Source: Dipteris shenzhenensis (lineage: Eukaryota). Taken from it: a stretch of DNA of 64,000 nt. The stretch lies in NCBI GenBank assembly GCA_047967505.1, contig CM106538.1; one strand, written 5' to 3'. A program made the position numbers and the translations under genes. A model generated the notes under the pieces. It saw only the letters and a program-made list of their open reading frames with translations, ran no database searches and was not told where the DNA came from. Each line of letters begins with the position of its first letter. The first letter of the stretch is position 1. This document shows positions 37,495 through 51,300 of the stretch, piece after piece.

Positions 37495-38260
37495 CAATCA
37501 CAAAGGCTAGAGAAATATTGACTATGTGGCCAAATCTTTATCAGAGCAAGGTGGTGTCCAAACCAAAGCTTGATGGAAGTGTGGGGAAGTTTTTCCTTTT
37601 GTCCAAATATTTACAAGGGACAAAAAAAACTTCAGTAGGGTATCCAAACAACCAAGCAACCTAGAGAAGATTTGACTATGTGGCCAAATATTTATGAGGG
37701 CAATATGGTGTCGAAACCAAACCTTGATGGGAGTGGGGAAAGTTTTGGCCTTGTGGCCAAATATTTATGAGGGCATGATGGTCATTGCCATAAAAAAATT
37801 TGGGAATAAGGTAAAAGAATTTGGACATCCTATTCATGAGGTTATCCTTAAGGATAGGTTTTTGGACACCCCCTCACAAAGTTTTGACCTTCCGGTGGAC
37901 GAATCTTTATGAGATGTTCAAACTTATCAGGCTTGAGGGATTCCGTCATGCAAAAAGATGTGAAAAAGTTTTAATGTTGTCACCAAATCTTTTGGGGGGC
38001 AACAATAGGTGCCAAAAAGTTTACACCTTGTGGACAAATCTTTTGGGGACAATAATCTCCCCACACTCCCCACATAGTTTTGAACTTATTGCCAAATATT
38101 TATGGAGAAGGTTTGATGTTGTAGCCACATCTTTATGCAAAAATATTTATCCATAAGGTCAAAACTTTTTCACATTCTGTTAATGAGGTCATCACTCAAG
38201 GATAGGTTTGGACACCCCGCACAAAGTTTTTTACCTTGTGCCAAATCTTTATGAGGTGTC
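37495..38260. repeat. Degenerate dispersed/tandem repeat region (CCAAATCTTTATGAGG units)
   Basis: Duplicated blocks at about 37507/37661 (CTAGA...TTGACTATGTGGCCAAAT) and about 37848/38196 (TAAGGATAGGTTT(TT)GGACACCCC). Confidence 0.7.
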
Positions 38261-38993
38261 TGTAAGAAAACAATACAACGTCTGTGCTCAACAGATAATA
38301 GGATCTCATATGCAAGAGAGAAAAGTAGATAGTATGGAGAATCAAAAGATTTGATTACTGTAAAACTGATACAATAGATGCGCTGCCTCCCAGCCATGCA
38401 CTCCTGTGTGAGAAGCTTCGATGGCATGCTAGAGACAGTAGAGGACAAAGGTTGGATGCTAAGGAATCAAGGTTGTTGTAGCTAGTGATGATAATGGGCT
38501 TCACGGGCTTGCTCTTATATAGCCATTAGGCATAGTCGGTTAGACCCCATTGGGTGACCGACCCAGTCGACCCAAAACGGCCGACTGGAGGTTGGTCCCG
38601 AAATAGGCCACCGACCACATGTTAGAACCATGGCATAGAATAGAGCAACTAACCTACAATCTTCGTTCAGCCTAGAGCCATTTGGGATCATCTGGGGCTC
38701 CAAATGGGCCTCGTAGCCTGAGAATGGGATGCCCCGAGAAATGCTCCATCTACCCTCAGTGCAGTCAGTCATGGGATGCCTTCTCGCACTTGCATGTAGC
38801 CTAGTTGGCAGTGTGCTAACTCTATCTGAAGCCGTCTAGCCATCAGGCCACACATGGCCCCCATCTGGTGTCCAAACCAGGACCTACCGGATAACCGAGC
38901 TACTCAAATGCCTTCTCCTCATATGGGGGGCTTACAAGTAGAGTTAGCTGGTTCCTGCGTACTTACATGAGAGTGGAGCATTGATATCTAAGA
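38261..38993 (-). repeat. Complete LTR (733 bp) of the Copia element
   Basis: TGTAAGAAAAC...GATATCTAAGA next to the PPT. Its first 135 bp match 42447-42582. Confidence 0.9.
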
Positions 38994-41900
38994 CCCCCCC
39001 TCAATGTCCACCTGCAAGTGAACTTACTTTTTCGGCCCAATGCCAAGTCGATGAAGATGCCTCTCCAGCAAGTCTCTTCCAAGAGCCTTCATGAAGATGT
39101 CCGCAGCATTCTCTGTAGTTGGACAGTACACCAAGTCGACCTCTCCATCCATGTTGAGCTCGCGTACAAAGTGATATTGAATCTCAATGTGTTTTGTGTG
39201 AGCGTGGAACATAGGGTTCTTTGCAATTGCCATGCAACTCTAATTGTCACATGATAACTACGTAGGCTTGTTCTGCACTGCACCCATGTCCCCTAAAATC
39301 CTCCTCAACCACACTGCCTCACAACAAGCAAAACATGCTGATTTGTACTCAACCTCAGTAGAAGAAAGAGCAATTGTAGGTTGCTTCTTGCTGACCCATG
39401 ACACAGCTCTAGACCCAAGTGAGAAATAGTAACCTATCACTGATCTCTTGCTATCCATGTCTCCTGCCCAATCCGAGTCATAGAATCCGGTCAAGATGTT
39501 GCCCTTGGTATAGGTGATGCCATAATCAAGTGTGCCTTTGATGTATTTCAGCACCCGCATCCTACCCTCAAATGGTTCTCCCAGGGCTTATTGGAAAACC
39601 TGCTTAGTACACTAATCGCAAAGCTGATGTCCAGCCGCGTGTTGCACAAGTAAATCAAACGGCCCACAAGCCTTCTATACTTCACTTTGTCCACTAGTGG
39701 TGATGAATCCTCATTTGAGAGCTTCACGTCAATCTCCATAGGGGTGCCAACTGTCTTGCACTCAGCCATGCCAAATGCCTTCATTATTTCTCCAGCATAC
39801 TTCAGCTGTGAGATGAAGATCTATTTTGGCTCTTGCCAAACTTCAATTCCCAAATAGAAATGCATCAGTCCAAGGTCTATCATTTCAAACTCTCTTCCTA
39901 GCAACTGCTTTGTCTACGAGATCTTTTCTTCATGGTTCCCTATTATGACAAGGTCGTCCACATAAAGGACCATGATCATACACCTGCCTCCTTCTCTGTA
40001 GATATACAAATTTGCATCAAATGGGCTCCTCCTAAACCCGTTTTGTAGAAAGTAGCCATCAATCCACTGGTACCACACTCGTGGGGCCTGTTTCAGCCCA
40101 TAAAGTGCCTTCTTTAGTTTACAGACTTTACCTTCTGAACCGGGGATCACAAAACCTGGTGGTTGTTCCACGTATACCTCCTCCTTGATATCTCCATTTA
40201 GAAAGGTGGATTTTACATCCATCTGAAACATGAGCCAACTTTCCTGTGCTACTAAAGCCAAAACACTACGAATTGTGGTTAGTCGAGCTGTGGGAGCAAA
40301 AGTATCCTGATAATCAAAACCATTTACTTGTGCGAATCCTTTTGCCATGAGCCAAGCCTTGTACTTATCCAATGTGCCATTGGACTTGTACTTGGTTTTG
40401 TACACCCACTTGGTGCCGATTACCTTGCATTTTGGTGGTCATTCCACAAGGTCCCAAGTGTTATTCTTCATTATGGAGCCATACTCTGACTGTATAGCCT
40501 CCATCCACCTATCATCACCCTGTGTCTCTTCAAGATACTTGGGTTCTTCAGCACGGATCACCTCTGTCATCAAAGCGTAGGTGACCAATTGTTCCTATGC
40601 CCTTCTTTGCTCCTCTACTCTCTTAGACCGGCAGTGTTCGGATGGTTCCTCCTCAATGGCTAGAGGTTCTCTGCCATTCAAAGGCTACTTTACCCACTTC
40701 GAGAATGGCCATTGTAATTATGGTTCTGTAGGCTCTTCTTTATCTTGAATCCTGCCAAGCATCGTTGGGGGAGTTTGGTCTGCTATTGGTGGTTGTACTA
40801 GATGGATATTTTGGTCCTACTTGTCTGGGAAGGAAGCATTCTCCTCCAATTGATGCAGCTATTCTTAGAAGACCACATCGTGACTTACTATTACCTTCTT
40901 GGTAATAGGATTATAGAGATGGTAACCCTTCGCCTGTTCACTGTAGCCCAAGAAAATACACTTTTGGCTCTTCGGTTCCCATTTGGTCCTATCAGCATCA
41001 GGGACATGCACAAAATAGTCACATCCAAAAACCCTGAAATGTGCAGCTGAAGGTTTCTTACCAGAAAAGGCTTGCAGTGGAGTCATCCATTCACAGCCTT
41101 TGTGTAGCTACAATTCATAATGTAAACTATCGTGTTACATGCTTCAGCCCAAAAAGTCTTTGACAAATCTTTTCCTTTCATCATACTCCTGCCCATTTCA
41201 CAGATGACGTGCATCTTGCGCTTTGCTACTCCATTTTGCTATGATGTATGTGGCAAGGGTTTCTGCCTCTTGATCCCGTGACTTTTGCAGTACCTTTTGA
41301 ATTCACTTGATGTGAACTCTCCACCTCTATCTGATCTCAACTTCTTCACCTTCCTCCCCATTTCTTTCTCGACCATTACATGCCATTCTTTGAACTTACT
41401 AAAAGCCTCATCTTTAGTCTTCAGGAAGTATATCCATATCCTTCTACTGTATTCATCGATCAGCATCATGAAGTAGTAGGAACCACCCAAAGCTTCCATC
41501 TCCATCTTTTCACAGAGGTCCATGTGAACGAGCTCTAGGGGAGCCTTTGCCCTGCTGGCCTCTTTAGGAAAGGGCTACCGATGCTACTTGCCCATCATGC
41601 AAGCTTCACATACATCAAGAAGATCTGTAATTTCTAGTACGTCTGCAATCATTCCACTTTTATGCATCTCCTTTAAAGAACTAAGGTTTAGATGACCAAA
41701 CCTCTCATGCCACAGCTTAGTGTTGCTCACATCCGCTTGAGCACTAAAAGCTGAGAGTTCATAGATGTTGTTGCGCCGTGTACCTTTACCAATGACCTTC
41801 CCTTGAAGATCCAAAATTTGTTCACCATTCTTATCAAAGTGAACTTTGAGGTCCCGATCCGTGATCGTAGAAATGGACAACAAGTTCCTCTTGATATCTG

Positions 41901-42582
41901 GCACATAAAGAATAGTAGCCATCTGATCGCGCACATTCTTCACCCAGGTTATGAACTTCTCTACCGTTTCAGACTCAGATAGTTTCTCTTTCGTGAGTTG
42001 AGTCTCTAGATTTTGAATCCGCGTTGATTCGTGGTCTCGTACTAATTTTTCAAGACTATCCATGCCTCCTCCGCTGTGGTGACATGTTGAATTAATGCCA
42101 TGACATAATCACTTACACTGCAGACAATAGAACATAGCACATCTGCATTTCTTCTTGTCCACGCAAGAATCTGATCCGCAGTTGGTACTATCTATTGTCT
42201 TGCATTGGCTGGATTCGGTCTCACAACTGACTTCACATCCACCCTAGTAGAAGTATCCCAAAGCTTGTATGCGCTTAGGATGGTCTTCATCTTGAACTTC
42301 CAGAGTGGATAGTTAGTGCCGTCCAACTTTTTGCTTTTGCCGAACGGTGGGATTCGTAGTCTTGCGGGTTGGGCATCTCTCACAATCTACTCGCAAATAG
42401 AAACACACTACCAAATCTTCTTGCTAGAGCCCAAGCTGTGATACCATGTAAGAAAACAATACGACGTCTGTGCTCAACAGATAACAGGATCTCGTATGCA
42501 AGAGAGAAAAGCAGATAGTATGAAGAATCAAAAGATTTGATTACTATAAAACTAATACAATAGATGGCGCTGCCTCCCAGCC
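38261..42582 (-). mobile_element. Ty1/Copia LTR retrotransposon, decayed, with truncated 5' LTR
   Basis: 3' LTR 38261-38993, PPT 38994-39004, PBS TGGTATCACAGC (tRNA-iMet type) 42446-42435 and a 5' LTR remnant 42447-42582. Coding motifs: gag KLDGTNYPLWKFKM, GAG-pre-integrase LWHERFGH, integrase RSDRGGEF, RT LYVDDL and RNase H DSDWAGD/TKHIEIQYHF. Many stops. Confidence 0.96.
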
Positions 42583-45050
42583 TTACCAAGCAAGTAATTC
42601 AGATCCTCTGATGCATGTGCCCATCCCCTTCCATCTGTCTACTTTTCTCTCTACCATATTGAAGTCACCCATTATTATACAATCGCCATCTGGGTATTGT
42701 AGATTCCCATAAACCCCTCCTTTCTGAAGCTAAACCAGGGGCATAAATAGAAATGACAAAGACATCAATTCCTTTCACACAACACTGCAGCATTAATTAT
42801 CTTTTGTGAGCATCTCTAATAACTTGAGAAATACAATCCTTGTAGTGAGACAAGATACCTAGAGCTATGCCCCCTTTGCCATCCTCATGAGTAGCAAAAA
42901 ACCAAGTCCTTCTTCTATCTATTACTTTTAGTCTATCTTCAAGAGTAGACCTACTTGCCTTGACTTCTTGCAATGCTAAGAAGAGAGGTGAGAGTGAGTT
43001 AGCTCTTAGCCAAAAAGCTAATTCTTCACTCCTACCAGGATCTATCAATCCTCTAACATTGAGAGTCAAGAAAGTCATTGATTTATCTAACATTCTTCTT
43101 CTACCCCTTTAGCTTGGGTTGTTCACTAGCACTATGGCTACTTTGGATTGTCTTCTCTTATGCTGAACTACTGTGAATGCCTTACCTTGACTAGTGTCTT
43201 CATGAGAAGGTATAATATTTTGAGTGGCCTTTCTTGGATCATCCTTTGAGTCTTCCTCACTAGCTTTTGCCTCTTCCATTGCATCTTCCCTATTAACATC
43301 CTCCTCAAATTCTTTGGACCAACCAGCCTCTATGACCATGTTATCATCTTGGTTGCTCCAAACTCTCCTCTTATTCCTTGAGAGGATCAAAGAAATTTTT
43401 ATTGACTGTTTTTGACTATCTGTTGTCTTTTTCATTACTTTTATTGGAAATCTAACTAGTAGATTGGCTTTTAGAAGAAGGGTTTTGAGATTTAGGCACC
43501 CAGTTTTCAGTGAGAGGGTGTTGTTTGGCAGCATTGGCTTTAAACTCCTTTGCTTTGGGTCTCTTTAGAGGACAGTTCTTGACCACATGTGTGGACAGTC
43601 CACACAAAAAGCAAGAATGGGGGAGATTTTTATAAGAAAGGGGTTGCTCCCTAAACACACTACCATTTCTATTAAGAATGGTAAGGGTTCCGAGCATCTC
43701 TTCTGCTATGTCCATTTTGATGCAAATTTGGGGATTTCCTCTAGGATTGATAAAGTTTTCTTGCTCTACTCCAAGGATTTCTCCTGGCCCATTGCATAAG
43801 GAGGAAAGCTTGTTACATAAATATAGAGGTAAGTCTAGGAGCTCCACCCAAACAGGAATGTTGGTTGACCTAGAAGAATCACAGGAAAATTCTTTGGACC
43901 ACCACTCAAGATACAAGGGTTGATTCCCAATAGTACAAAGACCATTTTCATGGTTCTAGATGCCATTTCTGGTTTCTCAAACAGAAAGACAAAAAAAGCC
44001 TTTCTTGAGAAATCTTGCATTCAATACATTCATACCTTTCCTAATCCAATTCATCTTGATCCAACACTCTCCAGGACTCAATCAAAGTGAGAGGGAGCCT
44101 TACTCCAGGAAGAAAACCTACTAAAGCATGAGTCCTTAGCCAGAGACTAGAGAGTCTTGAAGCAAATTGTCATCCAAGAAAGCCTTTACTGACGTACCTT
44201 CTCCATCTACTAGATTCTCTCCATTAGAGTGTTATGCTCTATCCTCATCTGGTTGTGTATCATGCCATGGTTCTATGATGCCCGATGGCAAGAGGTCTTC
44301 AGTTTCTTCCTTGCCGGTTGTGGGTGGCCTCTTGTCTCCCAAAGTTGGCCTAGAATCGACTCTATCTCCTTTTGAGTCTTTGCTGGAGGAGCCTCCACTG
44401 GTTGAGGGAACTCTATCGCCTGTTGCATTTGGTTGACCTCCATTATCTCTTGTTTAATCATTTTGCAAGGTTCCGCCTTCACTATTTTGGTTGAGTGGAT
44501 GCTTGGAGATAGAGCTAGCATCGGTGCCTCAGGCTCTTCCTTCACTGTTGCCAGCTGCTTCTCCTCGCTAGAGAGACTACATGCTAGAGAGACTGCATGA
44601 TGTGGGCTTTGTGTAGGTCTCTAGCCACCAAGGTCCCATCTACACTAGGAGAGCCAACAATAGAACATGTTCTCGAGAGGAGGCTAAAGAAGCCACCCCG
44701 TGGCTTTTGAGCTACATGCACATGAGGGGTGCACAGCTCCTCCTCTTCCACTATGGGAAACCGAGCAAGCTCCATACCGCAAGGGTGGCACTTCATGTTC
44801 CTGAAACTGGTTGGAGACAAGAGCAAGAAGGCGGCTTTTGTCAACTATATTAAGGTGGTTTGGAAGCTGCAGCAAGCGGGTGTTGACTTCGCTCCAGAAG
44901 TCAGATAAGAAGTCAGGCTCGAAAATGCACAGAGGTAAGTCGAAGGAGATATCCGCTGGTCAATGGGAGTGGAGGCGTATGGATGGAGAGATCTAGTGTC
45001 ACCCTCAAAGCCTCTATCACTGTCACCATCATCTTCAGTCTCCATCACTC
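42583..45050 (-). mobile_element. L1-type LINE 5' part: ORF1 (DUF4283-like + zinc knuckle) and ORF2 APE endonuclease, truncated
   Basis: IPVWVELLDLPL and CFLCGLSTHVVKNC (CX2CX4HX4C) in ORF1. FLTLNVRGL, LALQEVK, GKGGIALGI, IYAP and GDFN in ORF2. Confidence 0.9.
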
Positions 45051-45171
45051 CTCACCTCGAGTCCAATGCCTTTTCTAATCTACTTTGTCTATTGTTGCTA
45101 TTCTTGACTAACATATAATTTTTGAACATATAGTTTTGAACATATAATTTTGAATGTGATGGGCGATGCAA

Positions 45172-46517
45172 GCGATGTGGTGGGTGACAATAGAAAATTG
45201 ATGTTGTGGTGGGGGACGATGGGAAATCGATGCTGTGGTAAGCGATGGACATTCGAACGACAATGGAAATTTTGATGGACGAACATTTGGGAGTGAGTGG
45301 AGGGAGAGAAAGAAAAGAGATGGGAAGAACTTGGGATGGGGAGCGAGTGGAGGGAGATAAAGATTTGGGAAGAAACTGACATGGGGAGCCAAGTAGAAGT
45401 ACGAGAGAAGGAAATAGGAAGAAATTGGGATGGGAAGCCAAGTAGAAGTGTCAGACTGTTAAAAAATACAAGAGAAAAAGAGTGTTGAAAAGATCTCTTA
45501 CTACCAGTGTACTATTGTCAGTAAGAGATCTTGGGAAAGAGAATGTTGTGCATGTTCAATGAGGAAAGGATGAAAGAATATATGATGGAATAATGTTTAG
45601 GAGAATGTCGGGTTTTTTTGTTTAGAAGAATGTCGGCTCTTTTGTTTGTAGTTTAGAAATTTGAATCCTTCTCATTTTGATTCTCACTTTCCTCTCCTCT
45701 TCTTCTCCTAATCTCCTCCTCCCCTAAACCATCGTCGTCGGCCCTAACATGAAAAGATTTTCCTCTCTTCTCCCCTTTCTCCCCACCCCTTAATTGCCAC
45801 CACTGCCTTTAGCTCCCAATCACCTCCCAAGCTTCCATCGACCTCCCAAACTTCTGTCACCGGGCCCAAATCTTCATCTTCCAGACGACAGAATGAGAAG
45901 GCGCATAGATGACAGAAGGCCAAGGCAAGGACACAAGGAGAAATGGAGGGATTTGTATCCTTCCCCTTATTCCTGGTGGCCGTGACTACCAAGGAATAAG
46001 GGGAAGGGGTAGTAAACCCCCCTCCTTTATTCCTTGGCGGCCACAATAGTAAACCCCCCCCTTTATTCCTTGGCAGCCATAGCCACTAGGGAATAAGGGG
46101 AAGGGGGTTGGGAACCCCTCCCCTTATTTCCTGGTGGCCGTGCTAGGGAATAAGGGGAGGGTTTATTGGGAGGGGATTAGTAAATTAGTTAGTTAATTAA
46201 TTAATTAGCTAATTATTTAGTTGATTAGTAAGTTAGGTACTAAACCCCTCCCCTTATTCCTTGGCTGCCGCAGTCACCAGGGAATAAGAGGAGGGGTTAT
46301 AGGGAGGGGAGGGGGTTAGTAAATTAATTAATTATCTAATTATTTTTTGATTAGTTAGTTAGTTAATTAGTTATTAGTTAATCCAACGTAAAGGGGAGAG
46401 GGAGGATTTAATTAATTATTAGATAATTAATTTGTATGTACTATTGAATTTAAATTTAAATAATGCATTTATATTATTGCTTTTTAATTCATTTTAATAA
46501 AAATGTGGATTTAAATT

Positions 46518-46549
<32 letters not shown>

Positions 46550-47075
46550 GCATGTATATATATACATGCATGTATATATGCGATGTGGTGGGTGACAATG
46601 GAAAATTGATGTTATGGTGGGGGACAACGAGAAATCGATGCTATGGTGAGCGATGGACATTCGAATGACAACAGAAATTTTGATGGATGAACATTTGGGA
46701 GCGAGTGGAGGGAGAGAAAGAGATGGGAAGAAATTGGGATGGGGAGCGAGTGGAGGGAGATAAAGATTTGGGAAGAAATTGACATGGGGAGCCAAGTAGA
46801 AGTACAAGAGAAGGAGCTAGGAAGAAATTGGGATGGGGAGCCAAGTAGAAGTGTCGTACTGTTAAAAAATACAAGAGATAAAGAGTGTCGAAAAGATCTC
46901 TTACCACCAGTGTACTATTGTCAGTAAGAGATCTTGGGAAAGAGAATGTTGTGCATATTCAATGAGGAAAGGATGAAAGAATATATGATGGAATAATGTT
47001 TAGGAGAATGTCGGGTTTTTTTGTTTAGAAGAATGTCGGCTCTTTTGTTTGTAGTTTAGAAATTTGAATCCTTCT
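45172..47075. repeat. Two ~500-bp direct repeats (45172-45672, 46580-47075) flanking a palindromic tandem array
   Basis: Both copies run GCGATGTGGTGGGTGACAAT...TTTGAATCCTTCT. The spacer holds repeated CCCCTTATTCC...GGAATAAGGGG hairpins (45960-46300) and AT-rich TTAATTAG repeats. Confidence 0.93.
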
Positions 47076-47079
47076 GGAC

Positions 47080-48300
47080 ATGCATAGCATTCAGGCACTT
47101 GGAAATCTATTAAAATGATAGAAAACAGGATACATCCTTGAGAAGTGAAAGAACAACATAGTCAACTACAAATTGATTTAGGTGAATTGGGAGGAATAGA
47201 GCTTTTGTATCTGAGCAATCGTGCAATCTAGGATAATCATGCATGGTCCATATCAAAATTCCTTTTACTCAAAAATGACATTGAATCAAGGTCTTTGAAA
47301 TGTCATAAACCTACATGCCATTCCATAAAATTTGCAACTTGTCTACTAAAGGGGCCAGATATACATCCATGTTCTTCACCTCGTGCTTTCCTGGCACCAT
47401 GAATGTCAACATCAATTGCCCCTTCTTTTTGGTCATCCAAGGAGGGATCTGTATATTGTGAATACTACTAGCCATATGGAACATGATTTGGATTGATGTC
47501 CAAAGGGATTAACACCATCCGTAGTCGCCGACCCAAGATGCCAATATTGAGGCTCAAGCCCAAACTCTAGTCACTTTCTTTCTACGCATGTCTCCAAGCC
47601 TTTCCATCCTTATTAATTTTTAATATCCCATTCCTAGATAGTTTGCAAGATTGCCAGTCCATAAGTCCATCTTATGGTCCACAATGAAGCAAGTGTGTGA
47701 TGCATAAATAGATCGCATATGTCACAATATCTTTCACAAAATCTTTTGTCTTGTATGTCTTGTCGATATCGAGATATACCACATTATGGACAAGTTATAG
47801 AGTGTGTGTATGTTCCTCTATAAAGGATGCAATCATTGTTACATGCATGAACTAACTTGTAATCCATTCCTAATGATGCAAGCATTTTCTTTGTGTCCTT
47901 TCTTGAGTTAGGAATTGTATTTCCTTTTGGAAGTCGTGTTTAAAGTAATCTGATACATTGATCCATTCATGGATTCAAAGTAACAAATTGGAAGTACATG
48001 GATGAAACTATACTTTGCAATACATCGAACTCTTACTGAAAGAGGGACAAAACGCTAGTGTGAGACCAGCCATAAATTTCTTGTAAATTTAAGATTAGAA
48101 GAATGGCTTCAAGAAAAGATTTACTTGCCACTTTATGCTTGATTCACATCACAAGCTCTCCTCTCAGGACCCATGTTATCCTCCCTAATCACTTCAATAT
48201 CTTCACCTCTTTCATTTTAGGGTAAAGGAGCATCAAAGTAAGTGCTTTTCATGTCCTACACTATTTCATCCTTATTTAGTTTATCCTTCTCTTCAATTCT
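47080..48300 (-). pseudogene. CACTA TNP2/TnpD (Transposase_21) core remnant
   Basis: EFGLEPQYWHLGSATTDGVNPFGHQSKSCSIW (about 47560-47470), MVPGKHEVKNMDVYLAPLVDKLQILWNG (about 47400-47315) and GILIWTMHDY. Confidence 0.85.
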
Positions 48301-51300
48301 TCTATTCTATTGCTATTCCAGCCCTTGATTTTTCCTTAGAGTGTTTTGATTTCCTTGGGTAATACAATGCGTGTTCTCTCCAACTCCCCAAAAAATTTCA
48401 TCTCCCCACATCAAAAGAATTTAATACTTAATTGATCAAGAATGGAATTTTAGTACATGAAATGAATTTAGTTGATTGACTCACAAACTAGCCAAAACAA
48501 AAACTTGCATTGTACCTCATCATTGAACTCAATATCAGGTCAAGGCTAGAAGCGACAATATCTCTTTATTTGTGCAATTGATATGGTTCATGAGTCTCCT
48601 TATTCATCCTTTGCATTGTGCAAAATCACACAAGACTCGTTGATAGAGATTTTCTCTACTAGTCTCTCATTCAGATTTCGATGAGCTTGAAAACATCTAC
48701 ATAGGCAACACTTACCCATTACATCAATAATCCATCCATGATGACAAAAATGCAAAAGATAGATACTCTCTATTTAAGCTTTTGCCACTGCTCTGTTCTT
48801 ATCGATAGCCTCTCTAAAAATTTACCAAAGTAGATACTTTCATCGATATTACTATCGATAAAGGTGTCAATAAGCTATTCTAGATAGGATTTTATACACT
48901 GGATTTTATGATCCATGAGATGTTAAGCTACCTCATGAAATTGTTGGGGGAAAATACCATGTATAAGAGTCAACTTTTTACATTATGGATAAACTCATGC
49001 TAGAGATACCTTGAATTTGGAATGGTAGTGATGACCCATGAAGCGTTACATCTTAAAGGCGATTCCAGCCTCTGCCCCTTCAAATGTTAAAACTTTTCCC
49101 TCATGCTTTTTGTCCAATTTTTTTTGTGCCATTGATAAAGATCTTTTACCTCCTATGGATGACAAAAGAGCCACATGCTTAGCTTTTTCTTTCCTGAAAG
49201 CAATGGGGAGTGCAATTTTTGTTTGTGTCATTGGTCAAAGCTCTAGCTTAGCTCAATCATGAGAAGATTTCACCCTTCCATTGTGTCACAATGGTCCACC
49301 ACCTCACCCCATACCTTTCTTTTCAATGGGATCCCTCTCGAAACCCTACCCCGTATCTTGATTCTTGACATATTTCTCCACTCACAATAGTAATTTTTAC
49401 CTAGATCAACCCTAGTACTCCAATCTACTTTGACAAAAAAATATCTCCATATAGCAAGGATAGAAAAGTTGGTGGTCGCTTCGTTTTGCTGATCTAGCAT
49501 CATATATCGTAGCAGTTTCGCTATCAATAGTCTTCCACCCAGTACAAAACAACGAGGTAGGTAGGTTTACCAAAGACCAAGATATTTAGGGTAGAGCCGC
49601 CCAAAAATCGCTCAAATCAAGATTATAACCCCGATGAATTTGAGCTTATTCTAGGCCTATGGGAGGGCATTGGGATCAATGAAGAAATGTGATAAATAGA
49701 TTCTACTCTGACGCACATTGCCTCATATGGTTAGAACTAGCAAATAACTTTGTTTCCCACTATAGCCCACCCTAGACTATTTCTTGACTTCATATCCACC
49801 ACTTTCAAGCACCATGGGTTACAAACTCAATCGTACAGTGGATTATGGGGCATACATACGTAATACATTGAGAGAAGTTTGCCAATTCATGCATATTTGT
49901 ATCAACTATGACCATCAGTCTACACATCTACATTGCAAAGTAGATTGAGGGTTTGCATAACATCTAATCATTGCATGACTAATCCTATTTCCTCTCTACT
50001 CTAAATTCAACTCCAAAGATGTAAATAAGAAATAATGTGATATCCACTGATAGAGGAGCCATCATCAAAGCAAGGCAAAGGGGCTTGAAAATATGGCTTT
50101 AAAGCTATGTTGTTGGAAGAGTCAAGAAATCTAAGCACATGTGCAAGGAAATATTCTAATGAAATAATGATGTAGATGACAAATTTAAGAGAATAAATCA
50201 AGAGATTGATCTATGAAGAAATGATGATCAACATTATTGAAAAGGTTGAAGAGCTTTGACTTTTCTTAATAGAGGCAAAATGGAGGTCATAATGTCGGTG
50301 GTGAGCATGAAGGAGCTGTCGCCATGTCATTGACTCGTGCACCTTGGACACCACCCATGGATGATGGATGGGCAAGATTTTCCATGTTGCAGATGCATTC
50401 AATACACCCTTAGATCGCATGCAAGCCTGGTGTCGCCATCCAAATAATCATGAAGGAGTCGACATGCCACTAGTAATTAAATCGCATGCAAGCCGAGTGG
50501 TTTCGTCATTTCCATATTCAATTAACCAAAATTCAAGCTGCTAATTATTCACATGCCATTCATCCAAATATAATCATGAAGGAGCCATCGTGGTGGTTGA
50601 TAATTAACTGCACTCTCCTTAATTGCATGCCGTCAATTTTTGTTGGCAGAAAAAGACATATGGTTTAGCTGCTCCAATTCAAGCTTTAGCCAACACCATG
50701 GTATCTCTCACTTGAGCCCAAACCACTATAGTGGCCTTCACACTACTTAAGCCTCCACTATTCCATTTCATTCACCATGTTCGACTCCTTTCATTATTTT
50801 GTCTTCATTATTTGTCTAGACCATAATTACTCCTTTGCCATTTTTCACTCCCTTCACTATTACCTCTCGACCTTTCTCTATTGCACTCTTGTTGCAACTT
50901 CTATCTGCTCTCACATACACACGGAGCTCCCAAATGTGTCATCCTACTTCTCCATCTCTACACAATCTGCGAGAGTCTCACACAGTCTTTCCTCTCCCTC
51001 TGCACAGTGCGAGAGCTTCTCACACAATATTTCATTTCCCAATCTTGATATCGGGACATGCAAGAGCTCCTCACACAATCGTTCCTCCCCTAATCTTGTT
51101 TCCTTTATATAAACAAACAATTTTAGGATCTTCCCTTATGAAAACAAGTTTTTTTAAGATTGCAACTAGCACGATGATGTACAAGAGAAGTGGTCTCACA
51201 AGTTTCCTTTGTTTTAGGATCACAACTAGCATTGTGGCACTATAGTTGTAGCCAGAGGCTTGCCACAGCCTCCACAGGTTGCAAAGTAGTGACCTATCTA

